A DNA stretch of 64,000 bases, from positions 32,001 to 96,000 of IMG/VR virus record IMGVR_UViG_3300021399_000003. One strand, written 5' to 3'. The stretch comes from a virus. Its lineage: Duplodnaviria; Caudoviricetes. The position numbers and the translations under genes are program-made. The notes beneath the pieces are model-generated. The model worked only from the letters and a program-made list of their open reading frames with translations. It was not told the origin of the DNA and searched no databases. Shown here one piece after another: positions 30,860 to 41,283 of this stretch; positions within the stretch are counted from its first letter, which is position 1, and every line of letters starts with the position of its first letter.

Positions 30860-31511
30860 CTTTATATTTCTCCTTTAAAATTGGTAAAATTTCATCAAAT
30901 GAATTATGTAAAGTCCCATCAGCTGTTGCCGCGAGAATTATACCATAAAGGAATTGATTTATAGAAAAACTACGACGCCAATCTTTTTCATTTAGGTGAT
31001 TGGTGCGAATATCAAAGTAATGGGCATAATTTTGTTTTTGCCATTGCTTATTCATTACTTCATAAAAGCAATCATACATATATGCTTTTTCTTCTTGAGT
31101 CATGTTTTTGTAACTAGAAGCTAATCTTTGCGCTGTTTCATCATCATTATTATATTTTTGCCAAAACTTTTCCTTAGCTTCGTCAGCAATATGTTCAAGC
31201 ATATACTTCCATCCATATAAAATCCCCATCTCGCACATAGTGCCAATGGCCGATTGTTCTGGACACATAACAGTATAATCACTATTCCATAGACGCTCTA
31301 CATCCGCGGCGACAATCTTTTCAGCTAAACAATTATTTTCTTCTTCTGTCATATTAGATTTATCATTAATAGACTTATTTTGAACTGGGCTATAAACTTC
31401 ACCAGGGATACCTGCTTCTAGAAATTTATCATATTCTTCTTGCCGCGCAAGGTTGCTCCCGCGAGTCATTATATCCCCGCCTAAATATCCAAGTGGCTTT
31501 TTATTTTTCAT
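30852..31511 (-). CDS. Nucleoside 2-deoxyribosyltransferase-like protein
   Basis: GYLGG, VYSP, INDK, ADVERL, GTMCEMG, DIR. Confidence 0.75.
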   Translation of the reverse strand: MKNKKPLGYLGGDIMTRGSNLARQEEYDKFLEAGIPGEVYSPVQNKSINDKSNMTEEENNCLAEKIVAADVERLWNSDYTVMCPEQSAIGTMCEMGILYGWKYMLEHIADEAKEKFWQKYNNDDETAQRLASSYKNMTQEEKAYMYDCFYEVMNKQWQKQNYAHYFDIRTNHLNEKDWRRSFSINQFLYGIILAATADGTLHNSFDEILPILKEKYKDE

Positions 31512-31635
31512 ACTACGCCTCCAAAAATTTTACAAATTTTAATCCATAATTTTCGTTTAAAACAAGTAGACCATTTATAACAATCTTCTTTTTTAGGATT
31601 GCATTTAACACAAGGACTATTCATAAAATCCTCCA

Positions 31636-31935
31636 TTAATCTAAAGTATCAAAATACCAACTTTTTTCATCAGAAGTCCCGTGGGCTTCAAGCCAATCCC
31701 ATTCTAATTCATTATACTTATAATAAAGGTCTGAATAGATTTTAGAAAGTTTTTCATTTCCATTATCGTACCAATACCAGCATTTATGATTTAGGGCAGT
31801 CACAAATGCGGCCATTGCTTGGACATCATCACAATAGGTTTCATAAGTTTGAGTAGTCCATTCTTCAAGATAATCTTCGTTTAGGCCTGATAGAATCCAA
31901 AACTTTAGCTTAAGTTCTTCAAAATAATTATTCAT
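31636..31935 (-). CDS. Hypothetical protein
   Basis: ORF with promoter and RBS. Confidence 0.65.
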   Translation of the reverse strand: MNNYFEELKLKFWILSGLNEDYLEEWTTQTYETYCDDVQAMAAFVTALNHKCWYWYDNGNEKLSKIYSDLYYKYNELEWDWLEAHGTSDEKSWYFDTLD

Positions 31936-32015
31936 ATTTTGCTCCTTTTTTCTTTTATTATAACATAAATTTTAAAAGAAGTCAAGATAAAGTAAAAGAG
32001 GGAGATTTCTCTCCC

Positions 32016-33251
32016 TCATATAATTTTGGCTAAGTCAGCAGTTTTACTGCGTTCTGTTTTTAATAATTTGACTGTTCCTGCTAGAGTGTTATCTTTTAAG
32101 GAATTAATTAAGCGAGCTAGCCCATTATTTTTTTCAAATTCTGCGCTATCGGTCTGTAGTATGTCCCCATTAACCCATAATTGGCTATTTTGGCCGCATC
32201 GACTTACTAGTAACTTATAACCGCCGCCAGTAATATTTTGTCCTTCAGAAACATAAATAATTGTGTTATCCCAAGAACAACCACGAATAAAACCAAGATT
32301 AGCAGCTTCAATAAGACCCTGATCCTGATATTGAGCTAATCCTTCTTCTCCTAAAATACTACTTATGGGGCCCAGTCCCCAAGCTATTTTTTCTTGCAAG
32401 TCTCCCGCGAGAAATCCTATTTCTGGTGCATCTTTAAATGGAACTAAATTACGTATAAATATAATTTTTTCCATGATGCCTTTTTGAATAAGATCTAAAG
32501 CATGCAATAGCATTAAATAATCTTTACCACTTCCTGGTACTCCGTATAAAATTTTAACCGGAATATCCATATTTTGAAGTAAATCAAATGCCATTTTTTG
32601 TTCTAGATTATATGGTTGTACTTTCTTGTTTAGAAAATTATTTTTAAAATTATTCCATTTAAGAGGGACATATTTATCGCCAGTCCATCTTAATACATCT
32701 TTTAATTCTTCATTTTCAAATATTTCACAATATTCATTAATATTTGCTTGAAGAATATTTACATTTGGATTTGAATATAAAGAAACTAATTCTTCTTCAT
32801 TTGGAGTAAATTTGCGCCAACCAGTATATTCTTCTATCGGCTTTTCTTTTTTTATCCAATAATAACATCTAATGTTGGCAATAGATGCCGCGCATATATT
32901 ATATAAACTAGCATCGCTAGTAATAAAAGTTACTTCTTCGTTTTTTTCTTGTTGTAAGAAAAAAGCTGAAGCAAGAATATTATGATCTGGAATATCCATT
33001 AAACATGGATGATGTTTAATGAATCTTTTAATTTTATTTAATGGTGGAAAATAGGTATGATATTGAGATGAAAAGACTATATCGCGTGTTGCTTTTCGTG
33101 CGAGATATTTTACTTCTTCATCTTTATGTACATTGGTCTTTATAGTCTCTAATTCTGTAATAACTAAAGGGCTGATCCAAATATCATCATAATACTCAGA
33201 ACAGCCATTTAGAATTGCAGAAGTATCTGCAAAATAAAGCAATATTATCAC
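32016..33251 (-). CDS. phoH: PIN-domain + PhoH ATPase
   Basis: DTSAIL/ELE/D PIN motifs; GVPGSGKD, FIRG, EGQN, GDILQ, ERS. Confidence 0.88.
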   Translation of the reverse strand: MIILLYFADTSAILNGCSEYYDDIWISPLVITELETIKTNVHKDEEVKYLARKATRDIVFSSQYHTYFPPLNKIKRFIKHHPCLMDIPDHNILASAFFLQQEKNEEVTFITSDASLYNICAASIANIRCYYWIKKEKPIEEYTGWRKFTPNEEELVSLYSNPNVNILQANINEYCEIFENEELKDVLRWTGDKYVPLKWNNFKNNFLNKKVQPYNLEQKMAFDLLQNMDIPVKILYGVPGSGKDYLMLLHALDLIQKGIMEKIIFIRNLVPFKDAPEIGFLAGDLQEKIAWGLGPISSILGEEGLAQYQDQGLIEAANLGFIRGCSWDNTIIYVSEGQNITGGGYKLLVSRCGQNSQLWVNGDILQTDSAEFEKNNGLARLINSLKDNTLAGTVKLLKTERSKTADLAKII

Positions 33252-33844
33252 TTCCCAATTATTTCATTTACTAAACCGTATTCTAGCATTTCTTCAGCAC
33301 TAATATACCACTGTTTACGATGATGTTGCTGATAAAGCTCTTCAGTAATATTAGTATTTTGTACTACATATTCTTTAATTTTATTATCAACACTGCGATT
33401 AAAATCAATTACATCATCTACAGAAGTAGATTCACCGCCAACATAAGTTTGACCAGAGTGAAAAAGTGCGAAAGAAAAAGGATAACATTTCTTAGTAACG
33501 TTGGGATTTTTATTACCTGAACAAAGTATTATAGTTCCCATACTACAAGAATAAGATGGTACTATAATTTCTAATGGCTTTGTATAATTGTCTATAATAT
33601 TACAAAGCATTAGTCCATCCGCGACGGAACCTCCGGGTGTATTTAAAATTAATGTAATTGGATCAGGAACACTATCTTTTTCAAAATCTAATAAAGGAAT
33701 AACAACAGTTTCTAAAATACTATCATCAATTTCTGCATTTAAAACTATTGTTCGTTTATTAAGTAGTTGATTAAAATATTGATACATAATAGGGTCGAGT
33801 GTGCTAACTTCATTAGCAAACCCTAAAAATTCTAAATCACTCAT
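33248..33844 (-). CDS. clpP: ClpP-like protease
   Basis: LNTPGGSV, CSMG nucleophile, LFH, ISAEEMLEYGLV. Confidence 0.85.
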   Translation of the reverse strand: MSDLEFLGFANEVSTLDPIMYQYFNQLLNKRTIVLNAEIDDSILETVVIPLLDFEKDSVPDPITLILNTPGGSVADGLMLCNIIDNYTKPLEIIVPSYSCSMGTIILCSGNKNPNVTKKCYPFSFALFHSGQTYVGGESTSVDDVIDFNRSVDNKIKEYVVQNTNITEELYQQHHRKQWYISAEEMLEYGLVNEIIGK

Positions 33845-33886
33845 TTAATCCTCCTCGTTGTCGGAGGGACAACTTATTTATTTATA

Positions 33887-35014
33887 TTAAGAAAGAATTT
33901 TTGATAGAGTACAGTCTTTTGGATCTATATCATTCTTTCTAATACTTTTTATATAAGGATGGCGAATTGATATGCCGGTACCATCACTTTCTGCCTGTGC
34001 GGTTGAAACCATCATTCCACCGATAGTTAATGGACACATATACCATTCATCAAAATTATCACGCAATTCAGTTTTAAAATCTTCTGTAAGACCCGCAACT
34101 TTACATAGTGGAATAATATTACCATTGTCGTCATAGACGCTAGTATAAATAGCACCCGGCCACCCATAAAAATAACCTTTTGATACTGGACGGATAGCTC
34201 TACCATTACGATATTCGCCGTAGAGTTCGCCAGTTAGCTTTTCGCCGCTGCGTTCATCCTCCCACAGATTCCACGAACCAATATCTTTGCCTGTATAATC
34301 TCGTACTGCTGGTTCGGTGCCTGTAATAAAACAATCAACATCTGCGGAAATTTCTTGTTTTACCTTACAGGTTTCCCAAGCAGAAGGGCCACGCTTTCCT
34401 GGAATGTAAATGGAAGAACGTTTATAGCATACAGCACCTTCGCCGCCATCCATAAAAATATTGTTTAAATCATCAAAGAAATCTTCGTCCATATAATGAT
34501 AATCAATTCCAGTAACTAATGGGCTATTAATCATTTTGACTACTTCTGGAATAAGTTTTACACGTTCTTCAACGCCGCAATTCATCATATCTTTGCCATT
34601 AAGAGCAAGAATATCAAAAATGCGCCATTCTAGTTTCTTATCTTTTTGCCGCGCCAATGCTTTTGGATCAAGGCAACGAAGAATGGAGCCGACATCTTTA
34701 TCAATACCGCCGGGAAGATAAACTTCACCAAGTATAACAGTAGTATCAGTAAATGTCTTTACTACATCTTCCCAAAAGAAAACTTTGTTTTGAATTTCAC
34801 CATAAGTTCCAGTTTTCTTGCTGATACCGCGAGTTTGAAGGGCACTACGATCAGGCGTAATAACAGCGCGAGACCAATTGCCGTCATACTTACGGCTCCA
34901 TATGTATTGGCCACCAGCAATCATCTGTTCCAAATGCTGACGTTTAACAGCTGGAGACATAGAACTCGCGGGTGCCCAATAACGCATCGGTTCACTAGTA
35001 AAATAATCAATCAT
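33887..35014 (-). CDS. ATP-dependent DNA ligase
   Basis: KYDG, GEVY, FDIL, EGAV, KVK, IRHP. Confidence 0.88.
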   Translation of the reverse strand: MIDYFTSEPMRYWAPASSMSPAVKRQHLEQMIAGGQYIWSRKYDGNWSRAVITPDRSALQTRGISKKTGTYGEIQNKVFFWEDVVKTFTDTTVILGEVYLPGGIDKDVGSILRCLDPKALARQKDKKLEWRIFDILALNGKDMMNCGVEERVKLIPEVVKMINSPLVTGIDYHYMDEDFFDDLNNIFMDGGEGAVCYKRSSIYIPGKRGPSAWETCKVKQEISADVDCFITGTEPAVRDYTGKDIGSWNLWEDERSGEKLTGELYGEYRNGRAIRPVSKGYFYGWPGAIYTSVYDDNGNIIPLCKVAGLTEDFKTELRDNFDEWYMCPLTIGGMMVSTAQAESDGTGISIRHPYIKSIRKNDIDPKDCTLSKILS

Positions 35015-35585
35015 AAAAATGCTCCTCTTTCATAATTTCGTCTACGCTGCCTTCAAGGTCTTCAAGTCCCCTACAATTCTCTATAATCCAATTAAACGCG
35101 AAATTATCAAGCTCACATTCACTAATATGATTTAATTGGTCAGAAGTCATATTTGGATTTTCCCAATCTAAACCATTTTCATCATATCTTATTATGCGAA
35201 TAGTAATTGTTTCATTGTTCTGAATAGCGGCATAATCGTATACTACTTCATATTCATTTATAAAACGCCAATCAGGAATTAAAATGTAATCAAAAAAACT
35301 ATGATCTGGAATTGTATAGGCATCAATAAACTTTCCAATTATTTCAGCCCAATAAGTTGGATAGCGGCCGCGCATAACTGTTGTGCCAATTTCTTGTAGT
35401 AAACTGCGACCAGCTTCATCTTTTTCGCCATTCCAATTAAAATACTGGACTGCGTAATACTTAACTAAATCAGCAAAGTGCATTACAAGAACACGCTTTC
35501 CAGTATTTTCTAGCTTTTCTTTCATAATGTTTGCTACGGTATCTTTGCCCGACATACTTTTTCCACTAATCATTACTATTTTCAT
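35007..35585 (-). CDS. Deoxynucleoside monophosphate kinase
   Basis: GKSMSGKD, FADLVK, R.LLQEIGT, DWRF.NE, HISE. Confidence 0.85.
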   Translation of the reverse strand: MKIVMISGKSMSGKDTVANIMKEKLENTGKRVLVMHFADLVKYYAVQYFNWNGEKDEAGRSLLQEIGTTVMRGRYPTYWAEIIGKFIDAYTIPDHSFFDYILIPDWRFINEYEVVYDYAAIQNNETITIRIIRYDENGLDWENPNMTSDQLNHISECELDNFAFNWIIENCRGLEDLEGSVDEIMKEEHFYD

Positions 35586-35814
35586 TTCTTAATTGCTCCA
35601 ATCTTAATCTAAAATAAAAGTCCACAAAATCTTTTTCTTCTTCTGTTTGACAGGAGTTTGCGAAATTAGAAACCATTTTTACACCTTCAAATGGATTAGG
35701 TTGTTGTAATGCTAAATCAACCCAATTTTTTGCTAAATCTCTAATATATCCAGGAACATTTGGAAATAATTCAATCATTTTGTTTTTCCTCTTGTATTTT
35801 TTTAATAGCGTCAA
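35566..35814 (-). CDS. Hypothetical protein
   Basis: ORF track; probable start at MIELFP. Confidence 0.6.
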   Translation of the reverse strand: MTLLKKYKRKNKMIELFPNVPGYIRDLAKNWVDLALQQPNPFEGVKMVSNFANSCQTEEEKDFVDFYFRLRLEQLRNENSND

Positions 35815-36112
35815 AAAAGGCTTGCACCTCTTCTTTTGAATTAAGAACTAATTTTCGCACTGGTATAGGTGGTCTTCGCTCGTCATCATCCGGCATTTCA
35901 AAAATATAATACTTTTCTGGTTCTGGTTCTCCAAAATCAGCCGAATAAAAAATACGGCTACATAAACACTTACCAGTTTTGTTACTATATATTTTTGCCG
36001 CACTATGAGTAGTCCCTATTTGTTCTAGTACAACTTTGCGGCATTCGGGCTTAATTTGTTCTACAAACCCCTTATAATCGTTTCTTGTAACTTCAAAAAT
36101 ACTATTATCCAT
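35771..36112 (-). CDS. Hypothetical protein
   Basis: ORF in operon. Confidence 0.65.
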   Translation of the reverse strand: MDNSIFEVTRNDYKGFVEQIKPECRKVVLEQIGTTHSAAKIYSNKTGKCLCSRIFYSADFGEPEPEKYYIFEMPDDDERRPPIPVRKLVLNSKEEVQAFFDAIKKIQEEKQND

Positions 36113-36113
36113 A

Positions 36114-36614
36114 TTAACCTCGCCAATGTATTTTTAGTGTTTCCGCTTCTAGTTGTGCAAGTTTATCACATTGTTCATTCCAGTAATTTCCAGTGTGTCC
36201 TTCTACTTTGCGGAAATCATACCAAAAATTATCAAAGAATGGAATAATTTCTTGCCACAAATCTTGATTTGCAACAGGTTGGTTTTTAGAGTTTTGCCAG
36301 CCATTAGTTCGCCAACTTGTATACCATTCTTGTTTATAGCAATTAATAGCATAAGCAGAATCACTATAAATAATTACTTTTTCTCCTTTTTGTCGAATAC
36401 CTTGAGCATATCTTAGCGCTTCAAGGATAGCCATTAATTCCATACGTTGATTAGTAGTCATTGGAACTCCGCCTGATTTATGATAGAAGTCATTTCCTTC
36501 GCGTAAAGCATAAAAAGCCCATCCACCAAAAGTGGATTGTTGTCCCATATGTTTTAATGAACCGTCAGTGTAAATTTCTAATGGAATAATTTTTTCCTTG
36601 CTTCGCTTTTCCAC
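36114..36614 (-). CDS. rnhA: Ribonuclease HI
   Basis: YTDGS, TNQRMEL, SDSAY, NQDLW, KVEGH, NEQCDKLA. Confidence 0.93.
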   Translation of the reverse strand: MEKRSKEKIIPLEIYTDGSLKHMGQQSTFGGWAFYALREGNDFYHKSGGVPMTTNQRMELMAILEALRYAQGIRQKGEKVIIYSDSAYAINCYKQEWYTSWRTNGWQNSKNQPVANQDLWQEIIPFFDNFWYDFRKVEGHTGNYWNEQCDKLAQLEAETLKIHWRG

Positions 36615-36681
36615 AAGATATCCTCCTTTTATTCTTTATATTTATTATATAATAAATTATAAAAAAAGTCAAGGAAGAAGC

Positions 36682-36924
36682 TTATGCTTCTTCCTCTTCT
36701 TCAATTTCATCATCATCTTCATCTTCATATTTTTCTAGTTCTGGTAATCCAGCTATACTAGTTAAAAGACTAAGAATACCAGCCAATACAGAAGCAGATG
36801 CCACAACTGCCCAATTTACTTCAGAAAGAATTGCACTTGTGCCTATAGTTGCTACAGCTGTTTGAGCTACGGTTTTAATTGCGCGGATGCCTGCTGCCGC
36901 GAACCAACGTTTAAAGTTGAACAT
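36682..36924 (-). CDS. Holin (r1t-like)
   Basis: [34 protein letters not shown]. Confidence 0.85.
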   Translation of the reverse strand: MFNFKRWFAAAGIRAIKTVAQTAVATIGTSAILSEVNWAVVASASVLAGILSLLTSIAGLPELEKYEDEDDDEIEEEEEA

Positions 36925-36936
36925 AATAATACCTCC

Positions 36937-37413
36937 TTATTTTAAAAAGCCATCTGTTTTTAATAAATCTTCATAAAGTGATTTTATATAATTAAATTCC
37001 ATTTTAAATACTCCATTTTTATCATCGGTTTGAGCTAATAAAATGGTATATTTATCATTTAATTCAATTATATGTTTAAATTCATCTTTGGTATGTTGTC
37101 TACCATTATGACAAGAATTAGCAAAATCTAATATTTCCCATCGTATACGGTCTTTTTCATTTTCTTTAACTTCTCTTTCAATTATATTTATTTGTTTAAC
37201 CAAGTCATCGATTTTTCCGCACGCTTCTCCCATTATTGTTTTGCCAATCCATTTGATGATAGTAGACCAAGGATTTACTTTTATTGGAGCAATTTGGATA
37301 AACAAAGAACCAACTAGTATTATTTGCCATAGGTTCTTTCCTATCCACTCCCATATTTGTTGAGCATTTCCCACTGGCCTTCCCCTCCATAAAAAGAATA
37401 AATGAGATTTCAT
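36937..37413 (-). CDS. Membrane-anchored protein typical of holin neighbourhoods
   Basis: IQIAPIKVNPW, RWEILDFANSC. Confidence 0.65.
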   Translation of the reverse strand: MKSHLFFLWRGRPVGNAQQIWEWIGKNLWQIILVGSLFIQIAPIKVNPWSTIIKWIGKTIMGEACGKIDDLVKQINIIEREVKENEKDRIRWEILDFANSCHNGRQHTKDEFKHIIELNDKYTILLAQTDDKNGVFKMEFNYIKSLYEDLLKTDGFLK

Positions 37414-37465
37414 TTCTCATGAGATATGTAGTGTGTGTAAAGAAGGGATTGAATAAAATGTTCTA

Positions 37466-39592
37466 TTAAAAACTCATTGCTTCATTTATATTACTTAATA
37501 TATCAAGTATGCCAGCAAGGAAATGCATATCTAGTTTTGTTGCTCCCATAGCAGCTTCACTTGTGGCTTCCCAATCAGATGTTTCTAAATGGCCGTCTGA
37601 ATTTATTGGTCCATTATTATATGTATATAATGTTGCTTTTATTCCGCCTTTTAAATTTGATTTAATATCTGCGCTTGCTTTTATTAATGTATTGTAAGTT
37701 TGTTGTAATATAAAAGAATTTGGCATATATATTCCATTAATAGTGTATAAATGAATATCATTCGCGCCAGTATCATTATAGCCTATTTGTTTAATAGCAT
37801 CTTCAAACATTAACTGAGCATCATTAAACATTAAAAAACCAATCATTGTTGAAAAATAATTCTCTAAAGAACTTTTATTATTTTGACCTATTGCTCCACT
37901 GCCAGCATTTAACATAGCAAACAGTAACCAGTTAATATCAGTAGAAGTAAGAAAACCATTCATTGTTTCTTGTATAATGGATAATTGTTCAAAGATGTTA
38001 GAACCGAATGACGCTCCTTGTAATCCTTGATATTCACGATTGTTTTCTCCAATACTAATATATCCTTTAATAGAGCCATGAATATTTACGCTATTTAAAA
38101 AATTATTAATGATTCCTTCCTCATCTTCTATGCTTTGCAATGTTTGTTGAATAATGATATTTTGTTTTGTTCGTAAATTTCGTAAAGTCGTAATATTTGC
38201 TCTATAGCTTGCCAAATCAGTAGTAGTTTGAATATTTTTAAAGGCGTCTTCTCTTCGAGAAGATATTAATTTTTGAGCTTTTTCAATTTTTTGATTTACT
38301 TTTTCATTTTCTGTAATTGTAAAAAATAATCTTCCAGCCAAATAGTCATTAGTAGGGTTTTTATTACCACCTAAAGTTCCATCTAATCCAGCGGCAATCA
38401 TTTCCATGAGAGTTATTTGTTCACTGGCATAGTAATGTTGAATTGATACATTTTGACTGCTTAAATACATTTGTTTAAGTGTTTCATCATCAGCCCCTAT
38501 TTCTTTTCTCCATTTATCGAAATTTTTTCCGCGCCTGCCGTGGGGCCTAGTTTGCTTGTAAGATTGAAGTAAACGATTTTTAATTGTTTCTATTTGTTGT
38601 TCTATATTCTCTATTTCTTTAACATTTTTATCCATACCCATTTGTTTTGCCATAGAAGTCAAAGCTGGTTTTAAAGCAGAAGATTTTTCTAAAGATTCAA
38701 TAAAATTGGTAAACTCTTTTCCTTCTATTATTTTTTCCATTTCTTCTTGATATTGTGGGATATTATCTTGTGTTTTTATTTTGGTTGCTTCTATTCCTTT
38801 AGTTATAATAAATATTTCATTAGCTTTATCAATAAGGGTTTTTAATAAACTATTCATTTCACTCCCATTTAATTCTAATTGTTTTCTTATTGTAAACAAT
38901 TTGCTCCCATATTTTTTTATTATTATTTCTGTTAATATACTTATATTACTTTTATTAGAAAAAATACTATTAATGACAGTGCTTGTTTTCCCTGTTTTAT
39001 CATCATTTTGAAAACTGCTTAATTGAGTACGATTAGAATAATAATGCTCTGATTTTATCTGACTGCGCTCTTTAGAGTCCGTTATATCTTTTACTAAATT
39101 TTCTGCTTCTGATATTAATTTTTTTCTTTCTTCTGCTCGTGCGAGTTCTTGTTCTAACTGTTTTTTAAATGGTTCAAAATTTTTTATTATACTATTTAAT
39201 TTAATAATTAACTTCATATAATCATCTTTAACACTTTCAATACCAAGAGGAAGTTGCTTTTCAGGAAATTGTTTTAAAAAATTTTCTATAAATTTTTCTT
39301 CTTTAACTCTTTCATTAGATGCAGCTTTTTGTAAATATTGAAGAGCTATGTCCATTTTTGTTTGTGGCTCTCCATTTTTAGAGGATGTTAATTGCCCTAA
39401 TCCGCTATTTAAATAATTTACCGCGTCATCATAAGCTCTTACTCCTTGGGGAGTTTTTACATTAGCTAATGATGAATAATAAACGTATCTTGCTCCGACC
39501 GTAAATGGGTATCCATTTTCAGCCATAAAATATTTTGAATAGTCTATTTTTGTTTTTTTCGCGTTAGTTTTTCCCATTCCCTCACCCCACAT
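37466..39592 (-). CDS. Large hypothetical protein (~700 aa)
   Basis: Long ORF, no recognised motif. Confidence 0.7.
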   Translation of the reverse strand: MWGEGMGKTNAKKTKIDYSKYFMAENGYPFTVGARYVYYSSLANVKTPQGVRAYDDAVNYLNSGLGQLTSSKNGEPQTKMDIALQYLQKAASNERVKEEKFIENFLKQFPEKQLPLGIESVKDDYMKLIIKLNSIIKNFEPFKKQLEQELARAEERKKLISEAENLVKDITDSKERSQIKSEHYYSNRTQLSSFQNDDKTGKTSTVINSIFSNKSNISILTEIIIKKYGSKLFTIRKQLELNGSEMNSLLKTLIDKANEIFIITKGIEATKIKTQDNIPQYQEEMEKIIEGKEFTNFIESLEKSSALKPALTSMAKQMGMDKNVKEIENIEQQIETIKNRLLQSYKQTRPHGRRGKNFDKWRKEIGADDETLKQMYLSSQNVSIQHYYASEQITLMEMIAAGLDGTLGGNKNPTNDYLAGRLFFTITENEKVNQKIEKAQKLISSRREDAFKNIQTTTDLASYRANITTLRNLRTKQNIIIQQTLQSIEDEEGIINNFLNSVNIHGSIKGYISIGENNREYQGLQGASFGSNIFEQLSIIQETMNGFLTSTDINWLLFAMLNAGSGAIGQNNKSSLENYFSTMIGFLMFNDAQLMFEDAIKQIGYNDTGANDIHLYTINGIYMPNSFILQQTYNTLIKASADIKSNLKGGIKATLYTYNNGPINSDGHLETSDWEATSEAAMGATKLDMHFLAGILDILSNINEAMSF

Positions 39593-39668
39593 ACAAAAAA
39601 TTCGCCCGCAAACGCGGGCGTTCCTCTGTATATAAGTATTAAATTATCATTTTATTTACATCATTTTC

Positions 39669-39914
39669 TTAATGAACCCTATCATAAAAATACTTTAAAA
39701 GATAGGCTTCATCTGCTAAGTCCATACAAAAAATTTCATATTCATCGCCATGAGTATCAGCAAGCTTTCCAAGTGCAATAAACTCAGATAACTTACTTTT
39801 AAGATTAAATTCTTCAGTTCCATCTACACTACGAAGAATTACATCTCCTCTACATTGTCTAATTGCAGCGCGAAACGCTTCTAGATCACTAATATTCTTT
39901 AAAAACCTACTCAT
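39669..39914 (-). CDS. Small hypothetical protein (HPr-like fold possible)
   Basis: CRGDVIL...NLKSKLS. Confidence 0.6.
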   Translation of the reverse strand: MSRFLKNISDLEAFRAAIRQCRGDVILRSVDGTEEFNLKSKLSEFIALGKLADTHGDEYEIFCMDLADEAYLLKYFYDRVH

Positions 39915-40213
39915 TACTCAATCACATCCCTTATTATTCTTTCATAGTGTATTGGATCAATATTTTTATAATCTGACCACTTTACTAAGTTATCAACAGA
40001 TTCTGCGTCACTTAAATCATATTCTTGACGCCAACCTGACCAATCGTAAAACTTATCAAAGTTACGGAAAAGGAAATGTCCCTCTACAAGGTCATACCAA
40101 ATTTCTCCCTTAAATCGCATCTTAAGAATGCGCGCAAAGTAGTAACAGTTTCCTTCTAACCAATCACAGTTTGATGGAAAACGACGGTTAATAAATTCCT
40201 CTATCTTATCCAT
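39914..40213 (-). CDS. Hypothetical protein
   Basis: GNCYYFA..GHF..YDW; RBS AGGAGG. Confidence 0.65.
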   Translation of the reverse strand: MDKIEEFINRRFPSNCDWLEGNCYYFARILKMRFKGEIWYDLVEGHFLFRNFDKFYDWSGWRQEYDLSDAESVDNLVKWSDYKNIDPIHYERIIRDVIE

Positions 40214-40238
40214 TCCGAATACCTCCTAGAATAATTAC

Positions 40239-40309
40239 TAGACGCCTTATAAATAAAATAAAAATGGAGCCAAAATATAATTGCTGTTGTTGTGGCACAA
40301 TGGCGTCTA
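40239..40309 (-). ncRNA. ACAGCAA stem RNA, copy a
   Basis: TAGACGCC..ACAGCAA..GGCGTCTA. Confidence 0.5.
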
Positions 40310-40316
40310 AAATTAG

Positions 40317-40389
40317 CAGGCGTGGCTGGATTTGAACCAGCGAATGCATGGGTCAAAGCCATGTGCCTTAACCACTTGGCTACACGCCT
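40317..40389 (-). tRNA. tRNA-Gln(UUG)
   Basis: Cloverleaf; CATGG-CT TTG AC-CCATG; followed by CTA. Confidence 0.92.
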
Positions 40390-41108
40390 ATAATTTTATT
40401 ATACCATTCTATTAGTTCTTTTTTCTTAGACGGAATATTATTTTTTACACACCATTTTACAACTGCTTTATCAGAAACTCCATATTTTCTGCCTACTGCA
40501 GAAAAACTAGATTCAACAATTTCTTTTGCCAGTTGAATACCTTGCGGGCGTGCAGATATTTTTTCTTGTCTTTCTTGTATTTTTTGTTCTTTTTGACGTT
40601 GTTTTTCGTTTCGAGCAATATCTATTAAAGACGGTCTAATAGGATAGATTAAATAATCTTTTCTCCAAGAAGCTCCACTATTAATTGCTCGAATAGTTCT
40701 TCCAGAAACATTATATTTTGCACCAATAATATCGCTATTATCTAATGTATTTTTTAAATCATTAACAATATTATTAAAAATTTCGTCCGTCATTTTAATT
40801 GCATGAGGAGCATTTTGACCACCTTCTGTTCGATTATATCCATTATTAAAACTGTCATAATAAGAAATCCAATATTTTTCTTTTTCATCTAATTCGGATA
40901 CAAGACATTCTTCTAATATTTCAAAAGAAAAATTATTTAATCCATACAATCTCATATCTTTATATAATGGATTATTATAATTGACTATATTATTACCTAA
41001 ATAATCTGTTCTATGATTTCTCCAACGAGTTTTAATATCTTGTGCTTGACCAATATAAACTAATCCATTTATTAAATTAGTTATTTTATAAATACCACAT
41101 TGTACCAT
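40380..41108 (-). CDS. GIY-YIG homing endonuclease
   Basis: GIYKITN..VYIGQA..RW, GYNRTEGG; stop lies within tRNA-Gln. Confidence 0.9.
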   Translation of the reverse strand: MVQCGIYKITNLINGLVYIGQAQDIKTRWRNHRTDYLGNNIVNYNNPLYKDMRLYGLNNFSFEILEECLVSELDEKEKYWISYYDSFNNGYNRTEGGQNAPHAIKMTDEIFNNIVNDLKNTLDNSDIIGAKYNVSGRTIRAINSGASWRKDYLIYPIRPSLIDIARNEKQRQKEQKIQERQEKISARPQGIQLAKEIVESSFSAVGRKYGVSDKAVVKWCVKNNIPSKKKELIEWYNKIIGV

Positions 41109-41114
41109 AATATC

Positions 41115-41205
41115 ACTCCTATTTGTGATTTAAATTATAATATTGGCTTAATGAATAGGCATTATTATCTCAAAAGTTAATTACTCTTTTGCTACCCAAT
41201 ATTAT
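41115..41205 (-). promoter_or_regulatory. Structured endonuclease-gene leader, copy 3
   Basis: ATAATATTGG/CCAATATTAT; CAAAAG-AGTAATTAA-CTTTTG; AGATAA; TAATG-CCTATT-CATTA; loop pairs with AATAGG at the RBS. Confidence 0.75.
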
Positions 41206-41206
41206 T

Positions 41207-41283
41207 TGGTGCGAGTAGAGGTAGTCGAAACCTCATCTCCTGGGTGGAAGCCAGGTATTCGAGCTGTTGAACTATACACCTGC
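41207..41283 (-). tRNA. tRNA-Gly(UCC), irregular acceptor stem
   Basis: CCTGG-CT TCC AC-CCAGG; T arm GAGGT-TTCGACT-ACCTC; ACCA. Confidence 0.75.
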
